64,000 nucleotides of DNA. Source: Clostridia bacterium. Lineage in GTDB: Bacteria; Bacillota; Clostridia; Christensenellales; Borkfalkiaceae. Both the position numbers and the translations under genes were made by a program. The stretch lies in the NCBI GenBank assembly GCA_017612915.1, contig JAGAEX010000031.1:11449-75448 (forward strand). Reading direction: 5' to 3'. The number at the start of each line of letters is the position of its first letter. Positions within the stretch are counted from its first letter, which is position 1. Below, piece after piece: positions 13,658 through 21,159 of the stretch. Under the pieces are notes generated by a model. It was given only the letters and a program-made list of their open reading frames with translations, made no database searches and was not told where the DNA came from.

Positions 13658-14710
13658 GTGAAAAACGCGCTCGACTTAAACTTTGAAGAGTTAAAATCTT
13701 ATATATCGTCAGTCGGTGAAAAGCCTTTTCGCACAGGGCAGATATTCCGCGCTCTGCATAAAGGGTTGGATTTTGCCGAAATGACTGATATTTCCAAAGG
13801 ATTGCGCGATAAACTCGCTTCTGACTTTATAGCACAGGGCGTAAAAATAATTAAGTCGCTTAAAAGTGCGGACGGTACGGAAAAATTTCTTTTTTCACTT
13901 TCCGACGGAAACGTTATCGAAGGCGTGCTGATGAAATACAAATACGGCTACACGCTTTGCGTTTCCACCCAGGTTGGGTGCAGGATGAATTGCGCCTTCT
14001 GCGCGTCCGGGCTTTACGGACTCGTTCGCAATTTGACATGCGGAGAGATCCTGGGCGAAATAGTCGCCGCGAACAGGTATTTAGGCGGCGATTTGGCCGA
14101 CAAACGTAAAGTTATAAATATCGTACTTATGGGTAGTGGTGAGCCGCTCGATAATTACGACGAAACTTTAAAATTTCTGCAACTTGTTTCGAGTGCCGAG
14201 GGTATAAATATCAGCCAAAGGAATATAAGTTTATCGACCTGCGGGTTAGTGCCTAAAATGTACGAACTATCAGACAGCGGTGTTTCTGTCAACCTTACGG
14301 TGTCGTTGCACTCTCCTTTCGACGAAGAAAGAAAACGCATAATGCCTGTCGCGAATAGGTATAAAATAAGCGAAATTCTGGACGCTTGCGCTTATTATTT
14401 CGAGAAAACGGGCAGAAGATATATCTTCGAGTACGTGCTGATCAGAGGCGAAAACGATACCGAAAGACATGCCGAAGAACTTATAAGACTGTTGAAGGGC
14501 AGACCTTGCCACGTAAACCTTATCCGGTTAAACGAAGTGAAAGAACGCTCGCTTAAATGTGGTACGGAAAAGGACGCATACAGGTTTATGGGGGTATTGA
14601 CGAGCGGCGGATTGTCTGCTACGGTGCGCCGAAAAATGGGCGAGGATATAGAAGGGGCGTGTGGGCAACTTCGACAGAGATATATTGAAGATAATAACGG
14701 TAAAAAATAA
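13658..14710 (+). CDS. rlmN: 23S rRNA/tRNA (adenine-C2)-methyltransferase RlmN (radical SAM)
   Basis: 350 aa with a GTG start. It has the radical-SAM CRMNCAFC motif and a C-terminal GACGQL motif. Confidence 0.9.
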   Translation: MKNALDLNFEELKSYISSVGEKPFRTGQIFRALHKGLDFAEMTDISKGLRDKLASDFIAQGVKIIKSLKSADGTEKFLFSLSDGNVIEGVLMKYKYGYTLCVSTQVGCRMNCAFCASGLYGLVRNLTCGEILGEIVAANRYLGGDLADKRKVINIVLMGSGEPLDNYDETLKFLQLVSSAEGINISQRNISLSTCGLVPKMYELSDSGVSVNLTVSLHSPFDEERKRIMPVANRYKISEILDACAYYFEKTGRRYIFEYVLIRGENDTERHAEELIRLLKGRPCHVNLIRLNEVKERSLKCGTEKDAYRFMGVLTSGGLSATVRRKMGEDIEGACGQLRQRYIEDNNGKK

Positions 14711-14724
14711 AAGGAGCAATTATT

Positions 14725-15381
14725 ATGAAACAAATAAAAATAGCGCCGTCTATGCTTTCGGCGGATTTTTCGAGGTTCGGAGAAGAAGTGGTTTTAACGG
14801 CAGAAAGCGGCGCGGACCTGTTGCATCTCGACGTGATGGACGGAAGTTTTGTAAAAAACATTTCTTTCGGTCCGAAATTTATAAAGGAAGCGCGGCCTTA
14901 TACGAAAGCGGTTTTCGACGCCCATCTTATGATCGTAAATCCGTGGAACTACATAGAGCGTTTTGCGGAAGCCGGTTCGGATATAATTACGGTGCATTAC
15001 GAGGCGTGTAAGGACAGGCTTAAGAGTACTTTAAGGGCGATAAAATCGCTCGGCGTAAAGTGCGGCGCGGTAATAAATCCCGATACGGAAGTTTCGGCGA
15101 TAAAAGACGTTATAGAAGAGTGTGATATGCTTTTACTTATGAGCGTTTTTCCCGGGTTTGGCGGACAGAAATTCATACCCGAAGTGTTGCCGAAGATAGA
15201 AGAAGCGGCGCGCCTTATCGAAAGCACGGGAAAGGGGATAGACCTTGAAATAGACGGCGGTATAACGCTTGAAAACGTTAAAGCGGTCAAAGACGCCGGC
15301 GCAAACGTTATTGTTGCGGGCAGCACGGTATTTAAAGAGAAAGATAGGGCGGATATAATTAGGAAATTAAGAGAAATTTAA
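14725..15381 (+). CDS. rpe: Ribulose-phosphate 3-epimerase
   Basis: 218 aa. It contains IAPSMLSADF, LHLDVMDG and PGFGGQKF. The SD is AAGGAG. Confidence 0.95.
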   Translation: MKQIKIAPSMLSADFSRFGEEVVLTAESGADLLHLDVMDGSFVKNISFGPKFIKEARPYTKAVFDAHLMIVNPWNYIERFAEAGSDIITVHYEACKDRLKSTLRAIKSLGVKCGAVINPDTEVSAIKDVIEECDMLLLMSVFPGFGGQKFIPEVLPKIEEAARLIESTGKGIDLEIDGGITLENVKAVKDAGANVIVAGSTVFKEKDRADIIRKLREI

Positions 15382-15390
15382 AGCGATTTT

Positions 15391-15419
15391 TCACAAAGGA
15401 AAGATCGAAAGCATATAAT
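15391..15419 (+). promoter_or_regulatory. Candidate sigma-E-type (mother-cell) promoter for the spoVM-like ORF
   Basis: The arrangement is TCACAAA-N14-CATATAAT. The same geometry occurs upstream of spoIVA at 44978. It resembles the remembered B. subtilis SigE pattern (ATA-containing -35, then about 14 nt, then CATACA-T). Confidence 0.35.
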
Positions 15420-15447
15420 AGAACATAAATATTCCGCGAGGTAGGTT

Positions 15448-15534
15448 ATGAAAATTATATGCGTAAAACCCCCTGTTGTAATCAGAAAAATATTAAAGTT
15501 GTGCTGTTGCGTCAGGAGAAAACGCGACGATTAG
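15448..15534 (+). CDS. spoVM: Stage V sporulation protein M-like small amphipathic peptide (28 aa)
   Basis: Below the ORF-track size cutoff. A strong SD (GAGGTAGG) lies 4 nt before the ATG. The product is MKIICVKPPVVIRKILKLCCCVRRKRDD, compared with B. subtilis SpoVM MKFYTIKLPKFLGGIVRAMLGSFRKD (M1, K2, K7 and P9 shared, basic C-terminus). It sits just after rpe, and in B. subtilis spoVM lies just past rpe after thiN. A 14-bp-stem terminator follows. Confidence 0.55.
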   Translation: MKIICVKPPVVIRKILKLCCCVRRKRDD

Positions 15535-15547
15535 GCGTTTATGAAGA

Positions 15548-15590
15548 GCGCGGCTCTCGGAAATTTCCGAGAGCCGCGCATTGCTTTTAT
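15548..15590. terminator. Strong bidirectional rho-independent terminator
   Basis: A perfect 14-bp stem pairs GCGCGGCTCTCGGA (15548-15561) with TCCGAGAGCCGCGC (15566-15579). The loop is 4 nt and a T-rich tail follows. It lies between convergent genes. Confidence 0.85.
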
Positions 15591-15596
15591 GTTTTT

Positions 15597-16613
15597 TTAC
15601 ATCATATCGACTATGGTTTCGCTTATTTTTCCCGTTTCTTCAAGTTCCTGTGCAAGTTTTTTAAATGCGGTCGGAATTTCCGGATAAGAACATTCGTCAA
15701 TCTTTAAATTATTAAAGTTTATCGCTTTGTTCGCTATTAGGTTGATGCTCGTCGTGGTATATCCGACCGCGGTGTTTATACAGTGGATATCGAGTTGTTT
15801 TTTGATCGCTTGTATGAACGAGACGTTTCCGCTTTTATTGGAAGCGCCCGTAAACGCGACCGACGCGCCGAACGATGCAAGGGAAAAGGCTTTCGCGACG
15901 GGAATATTGCAATCGGCGATATAGACGACTTTATCCGTCATACGTCCGCTCGTGATGCTTGCGACTTCTTTCTGCCAGTTATCGTTAGGCCCTAAGGCGT
16001 AGTAAACGCCTGATTTTTTAACTGCAGCACAATCTTCTTCGTCAAGAGTCAAAACGATAGGTACTGCCTGATAGTATATAAGAAGTTGAGAAAAAATATT
16101 CGCAAAATTGTTTGCACCTATTACCGCTACGTAATCGCCTTTTTTTATGTTAAGTTTATCGTAAACGGCGATCGCTAACGAAATATGATTGATAAAAAGC
16201 GCTTCTTTATCCGAGACGCTGTCGGGCAGAACGAAAAGTTTTTCGGGTTTAGCAGAGATGAAATCGCATAAGAATCCGTCGAAATCTTCGCCCGCTATCT
16301 GAAGGTCTGAACATTTGCCGTATTCGCCTTTTTTGCAGTTATAACAGATCTCGCACTCACGGAAGGGGACGACGAAAGTTCTTTTGCCTTTTTCAAGGTC
16401 GAAAAGAGTTTTGCCCGTTTCGCTCAAAATACCGATACCTGCGCTGCCTAACACGACGTATGCCGCGTCTGTTTCGCCGATATAGCGCAAAACGTCTGAA
16501 AGTGTGATCAAAGCCTTGGTGATACGGACTTTTGATTGCGACGAGTCGGCGTCTTTTTCTTCTGATTCTTTTTCTTTAATGTTAAAAGGCTTTGTTAATG
16601 TATAACCTTTCAT
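15597..16613 (-). CDS. Medium-chain (zinc-type) dehydrogenase-fold protein with degenerate catalytic and cofactor motifs
   Basis: The track ORF runs to 16652, but the promoter at 16641-16669 and the SD GGAG favour the ATG at 16613 (MKGYTLTKPF...). The structural-Zn motif CEICYNCKKGEYGKC is retained. The positions of the catalytic Cys and of GHE read LITLSD and LGSA, and the GxGxxG position reads GANNFA. Confidence 0.6.
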   Translation of the reverse strand: MKGYTLTKPFNIKEKESEEKDADSSQSKVRITKALITLSDVLRYIGETDAAYVVLGSAGIGILSETGKTLFDLEKGKRTFVVPFRECEICYNCKKGEYGKCSDLQIAGEDFDGFLCDFISAKPEKLFVLPDSVSDKEALFINHISLAIAVYDKLNIKKGDYVAVIGANNFANIFSQLLIYYQAVPIVLTLDEEDCAAVKKSGVYYALGPNDNWQKEVASITSGRMTDKVVYIADCNIPVAKAFSLASFGASVAFTGASNKSGNVSFIQAIKKQLDIHCINTAVGYTTTSINLIANKAINFNNLKIDECSYPEIPTAFKKLAQELEETGKISETIVDMM

Positions 16614-16640
16614 AATCGCTCCGAATCTTAAACTTATCGT

Positions 16641-16669
16641 ATTATACAACAAATAAAAGTAAATTGCAA
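16641..16669 (-). promoter_or_regulatory. Sigma-A-type promoter (minus strand) for the dehydrogenase-like gene
   Basis: On the minus strand: TTGCAA (16669-16664), a 17-nt spacer, and TATAAT (16646-16641). It lies downstream of the track ORF's first ATG, which supports the shorter CDS. Confidence 0.55.
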
Positions 16670-16744
16670 GCGATTATAAGCGCGATTTGAAAAAGGTTTT
16701 TCAAAATAAATTTCATTAAAATCGCAAAAACCGCTTGTTATTAG

Positions 16745-16773
16745 TTGACTATATTTTCAAAATATAATATAAT
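16745..16773 (+). promoter_or_regulatory. Sigma-A-type promoter of rpmE (TTGACT-17-TATAAT)
   Basis: TTGACT at 16745-16750, a 17-nt spacer, and TATAAT at 16768-16773. It lies 31 nt upstream of the rpmE ATG. Confidence 0.65.
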
Positions 16774-16803
16774 TACACGGTAAAATACATTTTGAGGTGC
16801 GTT

Positions 16804-17013
16804 ATGAAACAAGATATTCATCCGGATTATCACGAAGTAACCGTGGTTTGTGCTTGCGGCGAAACGTTTAAAACCGGCTCTACTAAAAAAACGGACGTTA
16901 TCAAGGTTGATATTTGCAGTAAATGTCATCCTTTCTTTACAGGCAAACAAAAACTGGTTGATACCGGTGGCCGCGTTGATAAGTTCAACAAGAGATACAG
17001 TAAAGCGAAATAG
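16804..17013 (+). CDS. rpmE: 50S ribosomal protein L31 (Zn-binding type A)
   Basis: [22 protein letters not shown]...[12 protein letters not shown], with both Cys pairs present. The SD GAGGTG precedes the ATG at 16804 (track ORF starts at 16792). Confidence 0.95.
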   Translation: MKQDIHPDYHEVTVVCACGETFKTGSTKKTDVIKVDICSKCHPFFTGKQKLVDTGGRVDKFNKRYSKAK

Positions 17014-17027
17014 TTTGTTTTTGATCG

Positions 17028-17070
17028 CGGCTTTAAGGGATGTGTTATTACGCCTTAAAGCCGTTTTTTT
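17028..17070 (+). terminator. Rho-independent terminator after rpmE
   Basis: An 11-bp stem pairs CGGCTTTAAGG (17028-17038) with CCTTAAAGCCG (17053-17063), followed by T7 (17064-17070). Confidence 0.8.
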
Positions 17071-17079
17071 GTCTATCGC

Positions 17080-18879
17080 ATGAGTAAGAAAAATACCGAT
17101 AAAAATAAGAAACGCGTTTCGATAGGCGGGCAAGCCGTTCTGGAAGGCGTTTATATGCGCGGGGCTTCGTCAGAGGCTATCGCCGTCAGAGATCAGGACG
17201 GCGTTATTCGTTTGGAAACGAAACGCCGCAATAACGCAAGTAAGCAACTACTGTATAAGATCCCGATCGTTCGTGGGGTAGCCGCGTTTATAGACTCGCT
17301 TTTCGGCGGTACGAAAACGCTGATGCGCTCCGCGGAAGTTTACGGTGAAGGCGAACCGACCAAATTTGAAAAATGGGTTGCCGAAAAACTTAAAATCAAC
17401 GTGATGACGGCTGTTAGCGTTATTTCCGTTATGTTGGGGCTTTTGATCGCCGTGGCGTTATTTATGTTTCTTCCGCAAGTCGTGCGCGGCGGGTTGGAGA
17501 AATGGCTGAACGGCGGAAATTCTTTCGGCGTTTGGGCTAAAAACTTTATTGAAGGCGGCGTAAAACTGTTAGTGTTTACGCTGTATATTCTGTTTGTTTC
17601 GCTCCTTAAAGATATAAGACGGACTTTTATGTACCACGGAGCGGAACATAAAACCATAACTTGTTTTGAACGTGGACTTGATTTAACGGTTGAAAACGCC
17701 GCTAAATGTCCGCGCGTACACGATAGGTGCGGCACGACTTTCATAGTTTTCGTTTTGTTTATCAGTATAATCGTTATGGCGTGCGTGGAAGCGCTTTTAG
17801 GGAAGAGCGTGCAAGGTGTATTAAGGGTTTTACTTAAACTTGCGCTGTTGCCTGTCGTTGCGGGGCTTTCTTACGAACTTTTAAAACTTTTGTCAAAGAC
17901 GAAAAGTCCGCTCGTTTTGCCGATAAAAGCGCCCGGATTTTTATTGCAACTTCTGACCACGCGCGAGCCTTCGAAAGATATGCTCGAAGTCGCCATAACT
18001 TCTTTTAAAGCCGTTTACGAAATGGATAACGACGAAAGTATTCCCGAACGTAAATTTGAGTTACCGAAAAAGCGTTGCGAAGTATTGGCAAATGTGCGTG
18101 AAAGATTAAAAGAAAACGGTATCGACGAAGACGCGGAAGCGGAGTGGATCGTTTCGATAACGCTTGGTATAAAACGCGACGAGGTCAATACCGAAAATCT
18201 CGTTTCGGTGAAAAATATAGAAAAGATAAACGCACTCGTGGACGAACGCGTTACGGGCAGGCCCCTTTGGTATTGTATAGGAGATACCGACTTTTATGGT
18301 TATAAGATCAAGACCGACGAGCGCGCGCTTATTCCGCGTCCGGAAACGGAACTGCTGGTGGAAAACGCGTTAAAAGTCGTTGACGAGACTAAATCGGTAC
18401 TCGATCTGTGTACGGGTAGCGGCGCTATCGCTGTTGCGATAAGCAAAGAAACGGGCGCGACCGTTTACGCTTCTGATATAAGCCTTGACGCGCTTAAACT
18501 CGCGCAGGAAAACGAGGCTCTTAACCGTGCAAAGATAAAATTCGTGTTAAGCGATATGTTTGAATCGTTTGACGATGAAAAATTTGACGTGATCGTATCG
18601 AATCCGCCGTATATAAAGAGCGACGACGTTAAGGGATTGCAAAAAGAAATAAGGGATTTCGAGCCTGTTATGGCGCTTGACGGCGGTGAAGACGGATTGC
18701 ATTTTTACAGAATAATTGCCGAAAATGCTAAAAATTACTTAAATGAAGGCGGCACTCTCCTTTTGGAGTGCGGAATCGGACAGGCGGAAGAGATAAAAGA
18801 TCTTTTGACAGGTTTTTCACGGGTGGAGATCATTAAAGACTACGAAAATATCGACAGAATCATAAAGGCGGTGCTGTAA
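17080..18879 (+). CDS. prmC: Fusion protein: N-terminal DUF1385 (YqhQ-like) membrane domain plus C-terminal release-factor glutamine N5-methyltransferase PrmC/HemK
   Basis: A single 599-aa ORF. Residues about 1-315 are [14 protein letters not shown]...YHGAEHKTI...HDRCGT, as I remember DUF1385. Residues about 325-599 carry PrmC motifs ([24 protein letters not shown]). It ends with TAATG coupling to prfA. Confidence 0.8.
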   Translation: MSKKNTDKNKKRVSIGGQAVLEGVYMRGASSEAIAVRDQDGVIRLETKRRNNASKQLLYKIPIVRGVAAFIDSLFGGTKTLMRSAEVYGEGEPTKFEKWVAEKLKINVMTAVSVISVMLGLLIAVALFMFLPQVVRGGLEKWLNGGNSFGVWAKNFIEGGVKLLVFTLYILFVSLLKDIRRTFMYHGAEHKTITCFERGLDLTVENAAKCPRVHDRCGTTFIVFVLFISIIVMACVEALLGKSVQGVLRVLLKLALLPVVAGLSYELLKLLSKTKSPLVLPIKAPGFLLQLLTTREPSKDMLEVAITSFKAVYEMDNDESIPERKFELPKKRCEVLANVRERLKENGIDEDAEAEWIVSITLGIKRDEVNTENLVSVKNIEKINALVDERVTGRPLWYCIGDTDFYGYKIKTDERALIPRPETELLVENALKVVDETKSVLDLCTGSGAIAVAISKETGATVYASDISLDALKLAQENEALNRAKIKFVLSDMFESFDDEKFDVIVSNPPYIKSDDVKGLQKEIRDFEPVMALDGGEDGLHFYRIIAENAKNYLNEGGTLLLECGIGQAEEIKDLLTGFSRVEIIKDYENIDRIIKAVL

Positions 18880-19955
18880 TGTTTAAAAAACTCGACAAAA
18901 TGCTTGAAAGGTACGAGAAACTTAACGAACTCGTATCCGATGCGGACGTTATTTCGAGAATGGACGAGTGGAAGGCTTACACGAAGGAACTCGACGATAT
19001 GTCGGAAACGGTGGAAAAATACACAGAATACAAAAAGGTAGCGAAAGAACTCGCAGACTTGGAGCGCGATATCGCCACCGAAACCGATAAAGAAATGAAA
19101 GACCTTATGCAGGAAGAAATTTTGTCTTGCAAAGATAAATTAGATCAGATTTCTTCCGAATTAAGGGTTTTGTTATTGCCCAAAAACCCCGACGACGATA
19201 AAAACGTTATTATGGAGATCCGTGCGGGGGCGGGCGGCGAAGAGGCAAGCCTTTTCGCTTACGAATTATATAAAATGTACGTTAAGTACGCTGAAAAAAA
19301 CCGCTGGAAAACCGAAGAGATCGACAATAATTCCACGGAACTCGGCGGCATAAAAGAAGTGGTGTTTTCCATTTCCGGAAAGTCGGCGTTCGGTAATCTT
19401 AAATTCGAGAGCGGCGTACACAGGGTTCAGCGCGTTCCGGAGACCGAGTCGCAGGGCAGGGTGCATACTTCGACGGCGACTGTGGCGGTGCTTCCAGAAG
19501 CTACGGATGTGGAAATTAACATCGACGAAAAAGATCTTCGCGTAGATACGTTAAGGTCGAGCGGTGCGGGCGGTCAGCATATAAACAAAACGGAGTCCTG
19601 TATTCGGCTTACTCATATTCCGACGGGTATAGTCGTTTTGTGCCAGGACGAGCGTTCGCAGACCAAAAACCGCGAAAAGGCGATGAAGGTGTTAAAGAGC
19701 AGGCTTTACGATTATTATCGTTCGCAAGCTGATAAGGAATATTCCGAAAACAGAAGAAGTCAGGTCGGTACCGGCGATCGTTCGGAGAGGATCAGAACTT
19801 ACAATTTCCCAGACGGAAGGGTTACCGATCACAGGATAAAACTTACGCTTTATTCGATAGACGATTTTATGCTCGGCAATATCGACGAGATGATAGAAGC
19901 GCTTAAAATTGCCGATAGAGAATCAAGACTCGCGGCGGGTGTTGACGACGATTAA
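18879..19955 (+). CDS. prfA: Peptide chain release factor 1
   Basis: 358 aa. It contains [14 protein letters not shown] (PxT tripeptide region) and [11 protein letters not shown] (GGQ). Confidence 0.95.
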   Translation: MFKKLDKMLERYEKLNELVSDADVISRMDEWKAYTKELDDMSETVEKYTEYKKVAKELADLERDIATETDKEMKDLMQEEILSCKDKLDQISSELRVLLLPKNPDDDKNVIMEIRAGAGGEEASLFAYELYKMYVKYAEKNRWKTEEIDNNSTELGGIKEVVFSISGKSAFGNLKFESGVHRVQRVPETESQGRVHTSTATVAVLPEATDVEINIDEKDLRVDTLRSSGAGGQHINKTESCIRLTHIPTGIVVLCQDERSQTKNREKAMKVLKSRLYDYYRSQADKEYSENRRSQVGTGDRSERIRTYNFPDGRVTDHRIKLTLYSIDDFMLGNIDEMIEALKIADRESRLAAGVDDD

Positions 19956-19968
19956 AAGGAGAAAATTT

Positions 19969-21159
19969 ATGATTTCCAAGAAGGTTAAAAACATTAAGCC
20001 TTCGCTGACGCTTGAAATTACGGCGAAAGCGAAAAAAATGAAGGCGGAAGGTAAATCGGTAATAGGTTTCGGCGCGGGTGAACCTGATTTCAATACGCCG
20101 GATTACATAATCGACGCGGCAAAACGCGCACTCGATATAGGGTTTACGAAATATACTCCCGCATCGGGGATGCAGGAACTTAAAGTCGCGATATGTAATA
20201 AGTTTTTTAAAGATAACGGGCTTATGTACGAGCCGGCTAATATAGTTATTTCTTCCGGTGCAAAGAGTTCGCTGTATCACGCTATTTCTGCGCTCGTTGA
20301 CGACGGCGACGAAGTTATATTGCCGTCGCCGTACTGGCTCACTTATCCCGAACTCGTTGGTCTTGCGGGCGGGAAAACGGTTTTTGTCGATACTAAACCG
20401 GAAAACGGATATAAAATAACCGCGGACGAGTTTGAAAAGGCTATCACCGCTAAAACGAAATGTTTTATCCTTAATTCGCCTAATAACCCGACCGGAGCAG
20501 TCTATTCGGAAGAAGAGATCAAGGCGCTCGCCACAGTAGCGGAAAAACACGGGATCTTCGTCATTTCAGACGAAATATATGAAAAACTTGTATATGGCAA
20601 CGCTAAACATTTTTCCATTGCGGCTTGCAGCGATTATATGAAAGAACATACCGTTATCGTAAACGGTATGAGCAAAGCTTTTTCTATGACGGGATGGCGT
20701 ATAGGGTATATTGCCGCCCCGATTGAAATAGCCAAAGCGGTTTCAAGTATGCAGAGCCATACGACGAGCAACGCTTGTTCCATCGCGCAGTACGCGTCGG
20801 TAGAAGCGCTTGAATCTGATAAAAGCGACGAATTCGTGAGCAAAATGCAAAAGGTTTTCGACGAAAGAAGAAAATTTATGATGCAAAGGCTTACGGAGAT
20901 CGGTTTAAAATTTAACGAACCAATGGGGGCGTTCTACGTGTTCGTTAACGTTTCAGTTGTTTACGGTAATAGCTTTTGCGGACAAGTTATAAACGGTTCG
21001 CTCGCGTTTGCCGACGCCGCGCTTAAAAAAGGTATAGCCGTAGTGCCGGGAATCGCTTTCGGTAACGATGATTGCATAAGACTTTCCTATGCTGTGGCTA
21101 TAGAAGATATTAAGACCGGACTTGACAGACTTTCCGACTTTATCAAGGAGATAAAATAA
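19969..21159 (+). CDS. aspC: Aspartate/aromatic aminotransferase (class I PLP enzyme)
   Basis: The track ORF starts at 19909, but the ATG at 19969 follows AAGGAG. It contains MISKKVKNIKPSLTLEITAKAKKMKAEG..GFGAGEPDF, NSPNNPTG and SKAFSMTGWRIGY (PLP lysine). Confidence 0.85.
   Translation: MISKKVKNIKPSLTLEITAKAKKMKAEGKSVIGFGAGEPDFNTPDYIIDAAKRALDIGFTKYTPASGMQELKVAICNKFFKDNGLMYEPANIVISSGAKSSLYHAISALVDDGDEVILPSPYWLTYPELVGLAGGKTVFVDTKPENGYKITADEFEKAITAKTKCFILNSPNNPTGAVYSEEEIKALATVAEKHGIFVISDEIYEKLVYGNAKHFSIAACSDYMKEHTVIVNGMSKAFSMTGWRIGYIAAPIEIAKAVSSMQSHTTSNACSIAQYASVEALESDKSDEFVSKMQKVFDERRKFMMQRLTEIGLKFNEPMGAFYVFVNVSVVYGNSFCGQVINGSLAFADAALKKGIAVVPGIAFGNDDCIRLSYAVAIEDIKTGLDRLSDFIKEIK

Noticed and set aside
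15459-15707. 82-aa plus-strand ORF overlapping the spoVM-like ORF region
   Set aside because: It is out of frame with the SD-preceded 28-codon ORF. It reads straight through the 14-bp-stem terminator into the convergent gene, and it has no SD.
19903-20550. 215-aa minus-strand ORF inside aspC and the end of prfA
   Set aside because: It is antisense to two well-supported genes. The product is Arg/Phe-rich and low in complexity, as expected for the shadow of a Lys/Glu-rich coding frame. It has no SD and no recognisable motif.
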